DNA from: Candidatus Yanofskybacteria bacterium RIFCSPHIGHO2_01_FULL_43_32
GTDB lineage: Bacteria > Patescibacteriota > Minisyncoccia > 2-02-FULL-40-12 > GWA2-44-9
Direction: 5' to 3'
DNA: 64,000 bases
Assembly (NCBI GenBank): GCA_001794125.1
Contig: MGJF01000013.1
Location: forward strand, 450 to 64,449
Shown piece by piece: positions 54,391-64,000 of the stretch. The notes under the pieces are model-generated. The model searched no databases, was not told the DNA's origin, and saw only the letters and a program-made list of their open reading frames with translations. A program made the translations under genes and the position numbers. Each line of letters opens with the position of its first letter. The first letter of the stretch is position 1.

Positions 54391-55713
54391 TTACTTGGTA
54401 AATTCTTTAGACCAAGCGTTGTACTTTTGGGTCAACGTGTTTTTCACATAAACACTTGCCTGATATGTCCCAGGCGGAATGACGGCGACTTGTTCGGGGT
54501 CAAGAAGGTTGAACGTAAGAACTACTTCCGGACTCTCGTCCAGCAAGCTTTTCTTCTCGCTCCACACAACCACGCCTTTCAATACTGTTGGCTTGCCAAT
54601 GTTGCTACTCTCAATAATTATCCCGTATTTAAGCGAGAGTTCCAGATATTCTCCCTTGACCGTCCAGTCAAAGTTTTTCCATGGGCCGGAGATGGTGAAC
54701 CTTTTACCAAGACGGAGTTCGGCCGGCATGAACGATTTGCATTCCTTGCAGGAGGCAAGGATAAAATCGGTTCCGGCTGTGCCGGTAAGCTTGACCGCCT
54801 CGCCAACCACACGCGCATTAGACTGTTTAGCCGTCTCCAATGCCGGTTTGGGCGGATCAAGCGCCGTTTCTTGCGATACTGAACCGTCCTGCGAGAAGTT
54901 AAAGAGCGCCCAGGTAAAGATATTTCCATCCAGAATTCCGCCTCTGCCGGTCGTGCTGTAAATATCGTTATAAACCCGATTAAGGTCATCGGGACAATCT
55001 TGCGAACTACTGACAAGACCATATAATCGTAAGGTCGCAACCTCATATATCGCGCCGCAAGGATTCATACGGTAAAAACCTTGAAAGAATAATTTAAATA
55101 ATCCTCTCCCGCCTTTCTGATAAAACAGGAAGGCATAGCGGATGTTGCCGTTTTCAGGGTTGGCATAAACCCAGAGCATCATGGGAACAAACGAGCGGCC
55201 CTCAATTGTGTCCATCGCGTCCGGTTCGCCATGAAGAAGATAGGTCTGCGCCATATCGCCGCGGAATCCGCCGTTTGAACGGAATAACAGGCCGAACACG
55301 CCGGGTGTATTTAAAAAACGCTCGTTGGCGATGTCGTCAATGCGTTCATCAATTTCTTGTTTATATTCATTCTCTGGCGTTGTGGGATTGGTATCCCGCT
55401 CAAGCCAGAATTTATCTTGGAAAGCTTGGCGCTCTTCATCTGTCTGAAGCTTGTGAAATGCCTCCATTTCCTTATCGGAGATGAATTGTTCGTACCGACT
55501 GTCGAACTGAGACGGAATATCGGCTGGAATATTGTTGTGTTGGTCAATAAACACTGTCGGCTTTTTAATGCCACTGGAAGCGCAGCCGATCATAAACAAC
55601 AACGGAACAATAAAGGTAAATGCCCTACTTCTCTTCATTGGTTTCCTCCTTGTCCTGAATATTGTTGGGGGGCTTAGCCAAGGCCGGAATATCGTCCTGG
55701 TCAATCCGAACAA
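54391..55713 (-). CDS. Putative lipoprotein (lipobox FMIGC) with FW..RD..P.TP.NE-type domain
   Basis: It has a signal peptide and a Cys. The probable start is MKRSRAF at ~55638. Confidence 0.45.
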   Translation of the reverse strand: MFGLTRTIFRPWLSPPTIFRTRRKPMKRSRAFTFIVPLLFMIGCASSGIKKPTVFIDQHNNIPADIPSQFDSRYEQFISDKEMEAFHKLQTDEERQAFQDKFWLERDTNPTTPENEYKQEIDERIDDIANERFLNTPGVFGLLFRSNGGFRGDMAQTYLLHGEPDAMDTIEGRSFVPMMLWVYANPENGNIRYAFLFYQKGGRGLFKLFFQGFYRMNPCGAIYEVATLRLYGLVSSSQDCPDDLNRVYNDIYSTTGRGGILDGNIFTWALFNFSQDGSVSQETALDPPKPALETAKQSNARVVGEAVKLTGTAGTDFILASCKECKSFMPAELRLGKRFTISGPWKNFDWTVKGEYLELSLKYGIIIESSNIGKPTVLKGVVVWSEKKSLLDESPEVVLTFNLLDPEQVAVIPPGTYQASVYVKNTLTQKYNAWSKEFTK

Positions 55714-56278
55714 TGTGAACCGCGCCGGCTAAAGAAAATTTAATTCCAACCACAATTCTCTTGCCGGAATATTCCTTTGACGGTTCGGAAAACGGCGAGG
55801 TTTCTAAATTATAGCCGTAACCGAACGTCCAATTCCCATTCTGCTCCAAAAGCCATGACCTGAAATAACCGTCTCTGATATCCTGTCCTGTCCGCGAATC
55901 ACGAATCGTCCGCCACTGGACATAAGCAAAGGCATCGGTTGCCTTTTGGACCCTGCCGAGAGTTTCGGTCTCATCTTTCTTGTGATAATTAAAATTGGAT
56001 AAATTCACATTGGAACCGTCCGCGTCCGCAGTGTTGTTTTTACAGGCTCGCTCGGAAACAATGGCCACTTGCCTGTAATAGGCCCTGACAAATTCGTTTT
56101 GATCGTCCGGATTTTGGTAAACAATCACCCGGCCGACAAAACCAGTTTTGCAGTCGTCTATCCGAAATTCCAACTCTTTGGACAAAACCACATTGAAATC
56201 TTTAACATCGGGGGGAGAATTGGCTAAAGGACTGCCGACAACTTCCACGGCCAGCAAGACCGCCAATGCAAGAAACAT
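55625..56278 (-). CDS. Secreted hypothetical protein
   Basis: It has a signal peptide. Confidence 0.4.
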   Translation of the reverse strand: MFLALAVLLAVEVVGSPLANSPPDVKDFNVVLSKELEFRIDDCKTGFVGRVIVYQNPDDQNEFVRAYYRQVAIVSERACKNNTADADGSNVNLSNFNYHKKDETETLGRVQKATDAFAYVQWRTIRDSRTGQDIRDGYFRSWLLEQNGNWTFGYGYNLETSPFSEPSKEYSGKRIVVGIKFSLAGAVHIVRIDQDDIPALAKPPNNIQDKEETNEEK

Positions 56279-56379
56279 AAATACCTCTTTTTAATGAACA
56301 AATATCTGTCTGGAACTATATGCTTATTTGAAAAAAACGCAATGGATTAAAAACCCCCACAAACTGTGGGGATAAATAT

Positions 56380-59300
56380 TTAAAAATTGAGGCCGATTCG
56401 GAAATTAAAAGTCCAAGAATCCGGATCGAATTTGGTTTTCGCCCATTCAAAGTTCATGGGCAGAAATAATTGGGTCTGCAGGCCGAAACCGTATGCCCAC
56501 TCCTTATGAGCCGGAAATAGGTCGTTGCTGAATTTGGCTATCGCATAATCGGCAAACAACTCCCCGCGAATCTGGAGAGGAACGGCGTTTAATATCGACA
56601 TGTCGGCAAAAGGAAAACGGAGTTCCGCGCTGCCGTAACCGACCCGATTGCCGGCAACGCTGAAATACGGATAGTTCCGGAGCATGTCGCTTCCGCCCAT
56701 CAGCACAACATCACCATTGGGCCGGTTGCTGGTAAGCCCCATGGCGCGAACGGCAAACAACGAACTGCCGGAAAGTCGGATATATTTGCGGGCGTCGGCT
56801 TGAGCCGTAAAATAAGGGGCTGAATTACCGCTAAGATCCGGTCCGTATTCCACCTGGGCCCGCAGAGCGTCTCCATGCAAAGGTCCAAGCGTATCGTCTG
56901 AATACAGAACGGTATCATGCACGAATGCCGCAGTGAGACCGACATTAGTCTGACCGTTGGAGGCATTAAAGAATTCGTAGAACTGCCTGTCAATTTCCGG
57001 AATTTGATCTCCAAAATTAACAATGTCCTCATCCGTCAGGGGCAGTATGTAAGACCGCCTGCGAGGCCGGACTCCGAATTCAACACTGTTCCACTTGTTG
57101 AACGGATATTTCGTAAAGAATGTCGCGCTTGTTTCTTTCGTCCAGATATTGTTGATTGTGAACTGATTTTGGGCGCCATCGGGAACAGGATAGCGCGGAT
57201 ATTGACCCTTGAGATTATATAACAAGTAGTACAGCGGATATTGAGAGTGGTTGACGTTTGCCGCCAAATTCCAGCGCCGGGACTGATCCGTGTACGTATA
57301 GTCAAAATATCTGAAATCGCCCTGCTGGGCATAAAGTCCGGAATGCGTCCGGTCGGCCAAGATATCCTGAACCACAAACTGAGAGCTCGCGAACATTCCC
57401 CAAATAGTACTCGTACCCAGAGACACGTTTGTTCCGTAGAACTTCCAGCGGGCCGGCGGTTTTTGATGATTTTCCAGCTGACGCAAGTCAAGCTGTTCCC
57501 TTACCGCTTCCTGACTGCGGAACGCTAACTCCATATTCTCGTTTTTTTCGCCGGCTGGCGGATCAACCACAGAAATTCGAAGCGGTTCTTTCAATCGGGC
57601 GTCAAATAATTCAATTTTGGGATAGACATAACTGTGGAACTGGGCATCTTCTCTGTTGCCGGAATAAACGATGCGGTCGTTCTCACCGGGAACAAGCTTA
57701 GGCGTAAAAACACCGCCATAGTATTCCGTCCACTGCTTGGACAGATACGATGTTTCTCCGCGCTCGAATGTGTAAAGATTCCAGATACCGTCTTTTTCGT
57801 CCGAAGTATAAACCAAGGTATTGCCGTCGGACGACCAGCTCGGCGAATTGTCGTTCCAGCGGCCGAAGGTCAGCTGTGTTTTATTGCCTGTCGCCAGGTC
57901 CAAAAGAAACAGCTTCTGATAACCGCCAACGAACGCCACATAAGCCAGTTTGGTTCCGTCGGGCGACACCCGCGGAGCGCTGTTAAACACCCCGCCATTC
58001 GTAAGATTCTTCAGCTCATGTGTTTCAAGATTCATTGAATACACATCGCGCTGAATATTCTTGGCTGCCGAGAAATACAATGTTTTTCCGTCGGCGCTGA
58101 AATTAGGCGAAAATGCCTGATCCAATGGAATCTCCAGTTCCTGGAGAAACTTGCCAGTATTGGCATCTAGAACAAATAATGCATGATCCCTGTTCTTGCG
58201 GGCAAAAAAAGCGATCTTGCTGACATTGGGGATTTTTTTAATTTCCGCTAATTTCTTATAAAGAGGAGTGCTTTCCTTTTCAAGAGCGGCAATTCTTTCG
58301 CGGTCTGTCTTTATTTTAGACTCAATCTTTGCCTTGGCATCTTTATCGTTCGTTTTATTTCTTTCCTGATTCAGATCGTTGATATCGTTGTTCAGAACCT
58401 GAATCTCATGTTTGTTTTTTTCGGCGTTGGCCAAGGCTTCCTTTAAATCATGGGTCCAGTTCGCATCCTGCCACCAATTCAAGTCTGAGCCGTTGAACGG
58501 CCAAACATTGAGTTCCTGGGCAATTATGTACTCGTAGTGTTTGGGCGGCATAAATGTCGTCAAAATACGCAGAGGCGGATCCTGAACGGCCGCCTGACGG
58601 CCAAACATCCAAGATCTTTTACGCTCGGACTGCGGCACATATGGCGAATCGTCCCGCGGCAGCATGCGCGCCACGGCCAAGACGATGCCGTTCTTAGGAT
58701 TAAAAGTAAGGAATGCCACAAAATTTCCATCAGGCGAAACTTCAGACGATGTCAAGGGATACGGGAAGGGTTGTTTAATAACTTGGCGGCCCTTGACGCT
58801 TGAGGTCTCCTGGTACGGCTTGGGCCGTTCCAAAGAATCCTTTTCATACTTGTCCGCCCAATAATTGCGGTGGGCCCGATCGAACGCTTCGGCGTTATAG
58901 AACTCTCCCTGCGAAATATCAGCCAAAAGTTCGGTGAACTTTTGGCCGCGCCGATTGAAGATGTTTCCAATCATGTCCGCCACCGCTTGCTCGCCGAATT
59001 TGGCTTCAAGGAACATGAACGGCATAGCTCCAAGCGAATAAGGATTAGCCTGGCCCTGCGACAGCATTTCTAAGGTCGGCAATCCCATCTGGGGATTTTT
59101 GACGTTTGCCGCCGCCAGGCGCTGTTCCATCCTGCGGATGTCGTCGCGCGAATACGGCGCGTATTTATTGGCCAAATAATCGGCCACGGCTTCATAAAGC
59201 CACTGCTCAACAGAATCAGCGCCAACTGCCCGGCCGATGAAACTCCAGCCAATCATATCAAACTGAAAGATATGCACTAACTCATGAGTATGGATGGTGC

Positions 59301-59787
59301 GGTTCAAGACCGGCAAAAAATCCGGTTTGACCACAAGAATCATATCGGAATCAGGCAGAAGCCGGGAACCGCGCGGAAACGCATAAGCGCCTACGCCTTC
59401 GGGCATGAATTCGCCGCCGGCGAGATGAAGCGCTTCAAATGTGCTATGCGTGCGCGACACGACCACAATCGGCCTTTTTTTCAGTTCATGATTCAGTTTG
59501 ACGCTCAAATATTCATAGGAACCTTCCACATGGGCCACCAGATTGGTGAAGTGCTTCCGGACATCTTCGTCTTTAATATCCAATGAGAAGTAAAAATCAA
59601 AGTGAGCCGACTGATAAAAATTCCATGTGGTCTTTTCCCAAATTACTTGATTTTTGCCGAACTGGGCAAAAGCCGTCAACGGCATCAACAAGAACGCTAA
59701 AACGAGAGTGGTCAGTTTCTTGGTCATTTCTTTTCCTAATTGACAAAGAACCAAAAACTGCCCCAAACCTACATGTTTTATCAACAA
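56380..59787 (-). CDS. 1135-aa multidomain envelope protein: signal peptide, HExxH zinc-metallopeptidase-like module, coiled coil, TolB/PD40-like beta-propeller repeats, C-terminal beta-barrel-like region ending in Phe
   Basis: It contains HTHELVHIFQFD, the repeats SPDGNFVAF, SADGKTLYF, SPDGTKLAY and SSDGNTLVY, and the terminal segment FNFRIGLNF. Confidence 0.55.
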   Translation of the reverse strand: MLIKHVGLGQFLVLCQLGKEMTKKLTTLVLAFLLMPLTAFAQFGKNQVIWEKTTWNFYQSAHFDFYFSLDIKDEDVRKHFTNLVAHVEGSYEYLSVKLNHELKKRPIVVVSRTHSTFEALHLAGGEFMPEGVGAYAFPRGSRLLPDSDMILVVKPDFLPVLNRTIHTHELVHIFQFDMIGWSFIGRAVGADSVEQWLYEAVADYLANKYAPYSRDDIRRMEQRLAAANVKNPQMGLPTLEMLSQGQANPYSLGAMPFMFLEAKFGEQAVADMIGNIFNRRGQKFTELLADISQGEFYNAEAFDRAHRNYWADKYEKDSLERPKPYQETSSVKGRQVIKQPFPYPLTSSEVSPDGNFVAFLTFNPKNGIVLAVARMLPRDDSPYVPQSERKRSWMFGRQAAVQDPPLRILTTFMPPKHYEYIIAQELNVWPFNGSDLNWWQDANWTHDLKEALANAEKNKHEIQVLNNDINDLNQERNKTNDKDAKAKIESKIKTDRERIAALEKESTPLYKKLAEIKKIPNVSKIAFFARKNRDHALFVLDANTGKFLQELEIPLDQAFSPNFSADGKTLYFSAAKNIQRDVYSMNLETHELKNLTNGGVFNSAPRVSPDGTKLAYVAFVGGYQKLFLLDLATGNKTQLTFGRWNDNSPSWSSDGNTLVYTSDEKDGIWNLYTFERGETSYLSKQWTEYYGGVFTPKLVPGENDRIVYSGNREDAQFHSYVYPKIELFDARLKEPLRISVVDPPAGEKNENMELAFRSQEAVREQLDLRQLENHQKPPARWKFYGTNVSLGTSTIWGMFASSQFVVQDILADRTHSGLYAQQGDFRYFDYTYTDQSRRWNLAANVNHSQYPLYYLLYNLKGQYPRYPVPDGAQNQFTINNIWTKETSATFFTKYPFNKWNSVEFGVRPRRRSYILPLTDEDIVNFGDQIPEIDRQFYEFFNASNGQTNVGLTAAFVHDTVLYSDDTLGPLHGDALRAQVEYGPDLSGNSAPYFTAQADARKYIRLSGSSLFAVRAMGLTSNRPNGDVVLMGGSDMLRNYPYFSVAGNRVGYGSAELRFPFADMSILNAVPLQIRGELFADYAIAKFSNDLFPAHKEWAYGFGLQTQLFLPMNFEWAKTKFDPDSWTFNFRIGLNF

Positions 59788-59820
59788 AGGTCAATCGTAT
59801 CAGATTTACTTAATCGAAAT

Positions 59821-59890
59821 CCTCCCCATTTCAGACCCGTTGCCTGCGCCTTCGGTCTCAAATGGGTGGGGGGGGTTCGCTCTTAATCGG
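59821..59890. other. Minimal relative (D) of the A/B element: CCCCATTTCAGACC hairpin partner GGTCTCAAATGGG plus AAGAGCGAA-complement, with a G8 homopolymer at 59868-59875
   Basis: Seen directly in the sequence. A 26-nt near-perfect palindrome lies nearby at 59900-59925. Confidence 0.4.
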
Positions 59891-60170
59891 TTGCAATCTC
59901 AACGGCTCACACATGTGAGCCGTTGATTTAAGCCCCCAACCACATTCCTGCAAATAGAGCGAATGCCTCATCCCGCCTGATTCATCGTCCTGGATAAGTT
60001 TGCTTAATAAATAAGCCGCTAATCAAAGAAATCTTAACATAGCGAAGCAATCTTAAGATTTCTACAATGATTAGCGGCTATTTATTCAAACTTAGAAAAA
60101 AGATGAGAGGGCGGGGTGGGGCATTCGCAATATTTTAAAAACAAAAAAAGACGAGAATTTATCTCGTCGG

Positions 60171-60557
60171 TTAATCATACGGCACCAATGGCTTTTTGAA
60201 ATTCCTGATGCCGCCTCTCGGATTTTCCACATCACCCTTGTATCTCGGTATCAAATGAATATGAAGATGAAAAACCGTCTGACCGGCGGCTTGTCCGCAG
60301 TTCACGCCGACATTATAGCCGTCGGGTTCAAGTTCTTCATCCAGATATTCTTGGGTATGCTCTATGACATCCTGCAGCTCTTTCCATTCCGGCCAGCTAA
60401 GGTCAAACATATCCGGATGATGCCGTTTAAGAATGACCAGCGCGTGACCCCTTCCGACTGGAAATTTATCCAGAATTACGAACCAATACCGGACACCTAA
60501 AACTGTCCGTGGTTCCATCTGCCGGGAATCGCAGAAAAGACAATCATTATTTTCCAT
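60171..60557 (-). CDS. HIT-family (histidine triad) hydrolase
   Basis: HLHIHLIPR is the HxHxHxx motif. Confidence 0.8.
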   Translation of the reverse strand: MENNDCLFCDSRQMEPRTVLGVRYWFVILDKFPVGRGHALVILKRHHPDMFDLSWPEWKELQDVIEHTQEYLDEELEPDGYNVGVNCGQAAGQTVFHLHIHLIPRYKGDVENPRGGIRNFKKPLVPYD

Positions 60558-61077
60558 AGTTTACCCCCAGATCTTTTGGCCCGAACTTCAGCGGGAAGAC
60601 ATTATCGATGGTTATCTTGGCGATCTGACCGTTGTTACACAAACTGAACAATTCCACTCCGCCATCTCCATGGCAGTTTTCCCAAATGCACTGAAGGCAA
60701 TGCCCGCAAGGCACCGGGACCTCATCGAATGTTAACTCATGTTTCGTTCTCTTGGGAGGAAGGCCGATTCTGATATTCTCCGTCCCTCCGATAAGCGCAA
60801 GCTTCCAGAGCTTGGCAGGTCCTTCGGCGGAAACCATGCTGTCAATGGCGTTCTGTTCGGCGTGGGTCGTCTGGGTCCAGCTGGCCCGCTCGACATTGCA
60901 CCCGGCATAAACCTTGCTTGATTCACTCATCACAGCGACCCCCACGAAAAAATGGGAATACGGCGCTTGCGCGTTCAGGCGGACATCGGCGGCCATGCCG
61001 AAAAGTATTTTTTCTTCAATGCTCAACCGCTCAAATTCCATGACCGAAGCCCTGATTTCGCGAGTTAGAATTTTCAC
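60547..61077 (-). CDS. Cytidine/deoxycytidylate deaminase-family zinc enzyme
   Basis: The protein contains THAEQNAI and PCGHCLQC. Confidence 0.7.
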   Translation of the reverse strand: MKILTREIRASVMEFERLSIEEKILFGMAADVRLNAQAPYSHFFVGVAVMSESSKVYAGCNVERASWTQTTHAEQNAIDSMVSAEGPAKLWKLALIGGTENIRIGLPPKRTKHELTFDEVPVPCGHCLQCIWENCHGDGGVELFSLCNNGQIAKITIDNVFPLKFGPKDLGVNYGK

Positions 61078-61844
61078 AGCTCACCGTACCTTTCTTTGAT
61101 TTCACCAAGATTATTCAACACTAAACATCTTGAGCGGTCAACCTTGGCAAGTATCTCGTCCATCCGGCCGATGACCTCCCATGTTTCCGCCGGAATGAAG
61201 ACACCCGTGAACCCGGCTTCAAGCGCGGGAACGATGTCCTTTTCGTAGTCGTTGCCGACGCTGTAAGGAACATATCCCTTATAGCCGTTGATCATCTGAA
61301 GAAAATGCCGGGGCGTCTTGTTGTCGACGATGCTGGCCCGCAAGAAATTGTCTCTGGCCCGAAGAGCCGAGAACTTGTTCGACTGGACCCGCCTGTCCCC
61401 TTTGGACATAAGCATCGGGACATCCTTTTGCTCATACAGGAATCGGATCGTCGAAAGCGCGTCCGGTTTGATGTTGCCGGCATATCTTGCCACATCAAAG
61501 GCCTGCATTCCAACGACATAAAGCTCTTCTTCAACAGCTCTCTTGGGTTCTACCTTGGCATTCTCGCAAAAATACCGGTAAGTCGCAGCCATAGTTCCCG
61601 GGAATCTTTCCATTGAATAGAAGAACTTCTGGCCGGTTGCCGGATTGACCTCGTGAACCCTCGCCTTATCTATCTCTTCTTCTTTGGCGATGATTACCGA
61701 AACATGAGGCGCCCTTGAGCCCAATTCACGGATGATGACCCGGGCCATATCAAGAATTGGTCCCGCGTAATCATGCACATTGTCCATTAGCGTGTCGTCT
61801 AAATCAAAAACAAATACCCTGTTCATTCTTTCCTCATTTTTCAA
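61074..61844 (-). CDS. HAD-superfamily hydrolase
   Basis: FVFDLDDTL is the DxDxT motif I. Confidence 0.65.
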   Translation of the reverse strand: MKNEERMNRVFVFDLDDTLMDNVHDYAGPILDMARVIIRELGSRAPHVSVIIAKEEEIDKARVHEVNPATGQKFFYSMERFPGTMAATYRYFCENAKVEPKRAVEEELYVVGMQAFDVARYAGNIKPDALSTIRFLYEQKDVPMLMSKGDRRVQSNKFSALRARDNFLRASIVDNKTPRHFLQMINGYKGYVPYSVGNDYEKDIVPALEAGFTGVFIPAETWEVIGRMDEILAKVDRSRCLVLNNLGEIKERYGEL

Positions 61845-61891
61845 AGAAAACTAAAAAGAGTTTACCACGTTATTTTATTTTGGCAAATTTA

Positions 61892-62824
61892 TTATACCGG
61901 TGACAATCTCTTTCTTGTTGACTGTATTATTATGCCAACAACTATAATCAAGAGTCCGACAACTGAAGAAATAAGTATTTTTTCCCCGAGCAGGAAATAA
62001 ATATAGACCAGCGAAATAAAAGGGGTCAGCAAAATCATATTGGACATTTTTGCCGTATCGCCGTATTCCAGGGCTAAAAACCAAAACACGAACGCCACTC
62101 CGCTTGTGAACGCGCCGAGCCAGATGAGCCCAAAGAATTGAGGCCGCGACAGCAAGGGCAAACTGGAAAATAGCAACACCGTTAACAATGAACAAAGTGT
62201 GCCAAATAAATAGTAGAGCAGCATGCCGGTAAATTGTTCATGTTTGTATCGTTTTCCAAGAACCGAAAAAAGGCCGAACGCGACCGCTCCGGCAACCGCA
62301 AATAAAATTCCGGTTATGTTGTCAAAGCGAAGAAACGAAAAATTGCCCCGGGTCACCACGATTGCCACGCCAATGAACGAACTTGCCAATCCAACGGCCT
62401 TACGCGGATTGATTTTTTCTTTTAATATAACCGCGGCGAATATTACCGCCATCACCGGCCAGAGATAATTGATAAGAAAAGCCTCTTGGGCCGGAAGGGT
62501 TTCCAGCGCGCTGATTAAAAAAAGATTGTACAAAAAAGTTCCCAAAAACCCTATAGCCGCAAAAACAGCATAATCTCTCCTTCCATAGCTCCAAATGACG
62601 GCTGATTGCCCGCGAATCAGCACGATAACAAACAAACCAAGGCACGCGAAAAAATTATTAAAAAATAATACTTGCAGGCTGTTGAGGTCCGCCAAAAGCA
62701 GTTTTGCCACCGCCGCAGTCGAGCCCCAAAGCAATGCCGCGGCGATAACGAAAACGTAGCTTATCTTTTTTGTCATATCTGTTTTTATATTAAAAGGCGT
62801 CAATAAGACGCCTGCGAGCCTCAA
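61892..62824 (-). CDS. EamA/DMT-family transporter (10 TM)
   Basis: It has two EamA-like halves. The N-terminus is ALLWGSTAAVAK. Confidence 0.7.
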   Translation of the reverse strand: MRLAGVLLTPFNIKTDMTKKISYVFVIAAALLWGSTAAVAKLLLADLNSLQVLFFNNFFACLGLFVIVLIRGQSAVIWSYGRRDYAVFAAIGFLGTFLYNLFLISALETLPAQEAFLINYLWPVMAVIFAAVILKEKINPRKAVGLASSFIGVAIVVTRGNFSFLRFDNITGILFAVAGAVAFGLFSVLGKRYKHEQFTGMLLYYLFGTLCSLLTVLLFSSLPLLSRPQFFGLIWLGAFTSGVAFVFWFLALEYGDTAKMSNMILLTPFISLVYIYFLLGEKILISSVVGLLIIVVGIIIQSTRKRLSPV

Positions 62825-63219
62825 ATGGTTCCATCATAGCGCGAACTGGTTCGTGTTTCCCAGGGAAACAGTATCCAGCCTTCTTTTTTACGCAGAAAAA
62901 GATCGGGTTTGACCACAGGATTCGGTCCGAGATATAAGCTAACGGTCATCACCTTACAATTAAGAGATCCGAGAAACCTTGAGAGAGTATTGCCCTCGTC
63001 AACAATATCGTCGACCACAAGAGTTTTGACACCGATATCTCTTTCAGATAAAACAACGGGAATCTCCAGTAGATGAGAAAGTTTAACAGCCAATATCAGC
63101 CCGCCTCTTGGAATACCGTAGATGTTTCTGAATTTTTTGTTTTTAGCCCATCGGGCGATTTTCCCGCAGTCCTCGTCAAACTGCTTCCACGAATAGCGCT
63201 CGTAACGGGGTTTAGCCAT
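62821..63219 (-). CDS. Phosphoribosyltransferase (purine PRTase-like)
   Basis: LVVDDIVDEGNTL is the PRPP-binding motif. Confidence 0.7.
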   Translation of the reverse strand: MAKPRYERYSWKQFDEDCGKIARWAKNKKFRNIYGIPRGGLILAVKLSHLLEIPVVLSERDIGVKTLVVDDIVDEGNTLSRFLGSLNCKVMTVSLYLGPNPVVKPDLFLRKKEGWILFPWETRTSSRYDGTI

Positions 63220-63339
63220 GATATCCTGTGAATAATAAAAACTGATTTAATCAAAGCATGTTTTTATTAAAATTCCAATTGGCGGTGTTTGTTTGAAAAA
63301 GTCAGAACCCATTTTGCGGAGAACCCCCACGAATGAGGA

Positions 63340-63488
63340 CGCCCCGCCACCGCCTCGCTTCACTCGGCGACACCAAAGAAAAATGTTCCTTGCTTTTTGG
63401 ATTTGCGCGCGACCAATTTCTTCTAAAAAGGAAAGGACATTTTTCTTTGGTGTTCTGCCCTCCAAGTATTCGGGCAGGTGGCGGGGCG
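63340..63488. repeat. ~150-nt near-perfect large palindrome/hairpin in PRTase upstream region
   Basis: The outer stem pairs CGCCCCGCCACC with GGTGGCGGGGCG. The inner stem, at least 24 bp, pairs ACACCAAAGAAAAATGTTCCTTGC with GGAAAGGACATTTTTCTTTGGTGT. Confidence 0.55.
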
Positions 63489-63588
63489 ACAATTCTATCC
63501 GCTCGGGCATGGCGGAATTCCCCCCACACCCCCCTTCCGCCATGCCCTCGCTCGGACGGACGGATTTTTCGGCGGCGGCATTATTATA

Positions 63589-63969
63589 CTACTTTTTCCC
63601 GTATTTCAGTTCTCGCAATTTCTCTATTGATTCCCGAAGTTCCTCCGGTGTAAATTTTACATTGAGAGTATTTTCGGGGTGGTGGATTGAGTGTCGAATG
63701 TAGGTTGCCAACGAGACATCCGTCTCCGCTCCGTTGGTTTTCTTGTTTTTCCATTTTTTCGTTTGATCTAACCCATCCAGTTTTGTCTTATCTCTATCCT
63801 CCAAATATCCGTAGAGTTCGTTATGGTAGTCGGAAGACGCAATATCAAAAACCTCATAGTTTACTTCCGCGTACGATTTTTGTCCTGCTTGGAATTTCTC
63901 CAATTTCGTCTTTCGGTTTGATTGTTTGGAAACTCTAAAGCATCGTTCAATATGCTCTTTATCAATCAT
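63589..63969 (-). CDS. Hypothetical protein
   Basis: ORF only. Confidence 0.35.
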   Translation of the reverse strand: MIDKEHIERCFRVSKQSNRKTKLEKFQAGQKSYAEVNYEVFDIASSDYHNELYGYLEDRDKTKLDGLDQTKKWKNKKTNGAETDVSLATYIRHSIHHPENTLNVKFTPEELRESIEKLRELKYGKK

Positions 63970-64000
63970 GTAGTTTGAATGCGTAGCAAAAAAGACGATA

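Noticed and set aside
1-64000. Looked for CRISPR arrays (regularly spaced 25-40 nt direct repeats) and cas-like genes
   Set aside because: None found. The only tandem repeats are coding domain repeats and a 2x14-bp operator-like repeat.

Overview
This is a 64 kb chromosomal segment of about 44% GC. Standard stop codons, including TGA, terminate genes, so there is no sign of a recoded genetic code. The gene set is small-genome-like: a short EF-Ts, leaderless mRNAs and many giant secreted proteins. The lineage is uncertain. A C-terminal Phe beta-barrel, TolB-like repeats and a lipoprotein hint at a diderm envelope. Core content on the left half is a conserved minus-strand cluster tRNA-Thr(UGU)–tRNA-Tyr–tRNA-Thr(GGU)–rpmG–tRNA-Trp, followed by a metallophosphoesterase protein where secE–nusG would be expected. 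Other core genes are rpsB–tsf, rpmE–prfA (the RF1 lacks domain 1), rplY, a sugar-phosphate operon (fba, unknown 453-aa protein, PfkB kinase, rpe, FAD oxidase, rpiB, trxB), PMT-like glycosyltransferase, Fe/Mn SOD, glutaredoxin, tgt, obg, csp and rpoD–dnaG. There are three giant surface proteins with internal tandem repeats, and several DsbA-, cupredoxin-, SWIB- and RRM-type proteins. Positions 33.3–45.4 kb look accessory. They hold a vsr gene converging on an operon of two C5-cytosine methyltransferases that flank a 720-aa P-loop NTPase and a 363-aa partner, which is a candidate restriction or defence module. Next to it is a large-serine-recombinase element (RHH regulator, HTH protein, superinfection-immunity protein, promoter-driven hairpin sRNA candidate) abutting tRNA-Asn. 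The most unusual signal is a family of paralogous structured noncoding elements. There are two full copies of about 400 nt at 7.2–7.6 kb and 23.5–23.9 kb, and partial relatives near 10.2–10.4 kb and 59.8 kb. The full copies show compensatory base-pair changes in at least four helices. I could not assign them to RNase P, tmRNA, SRP or any riboswitch class I know.
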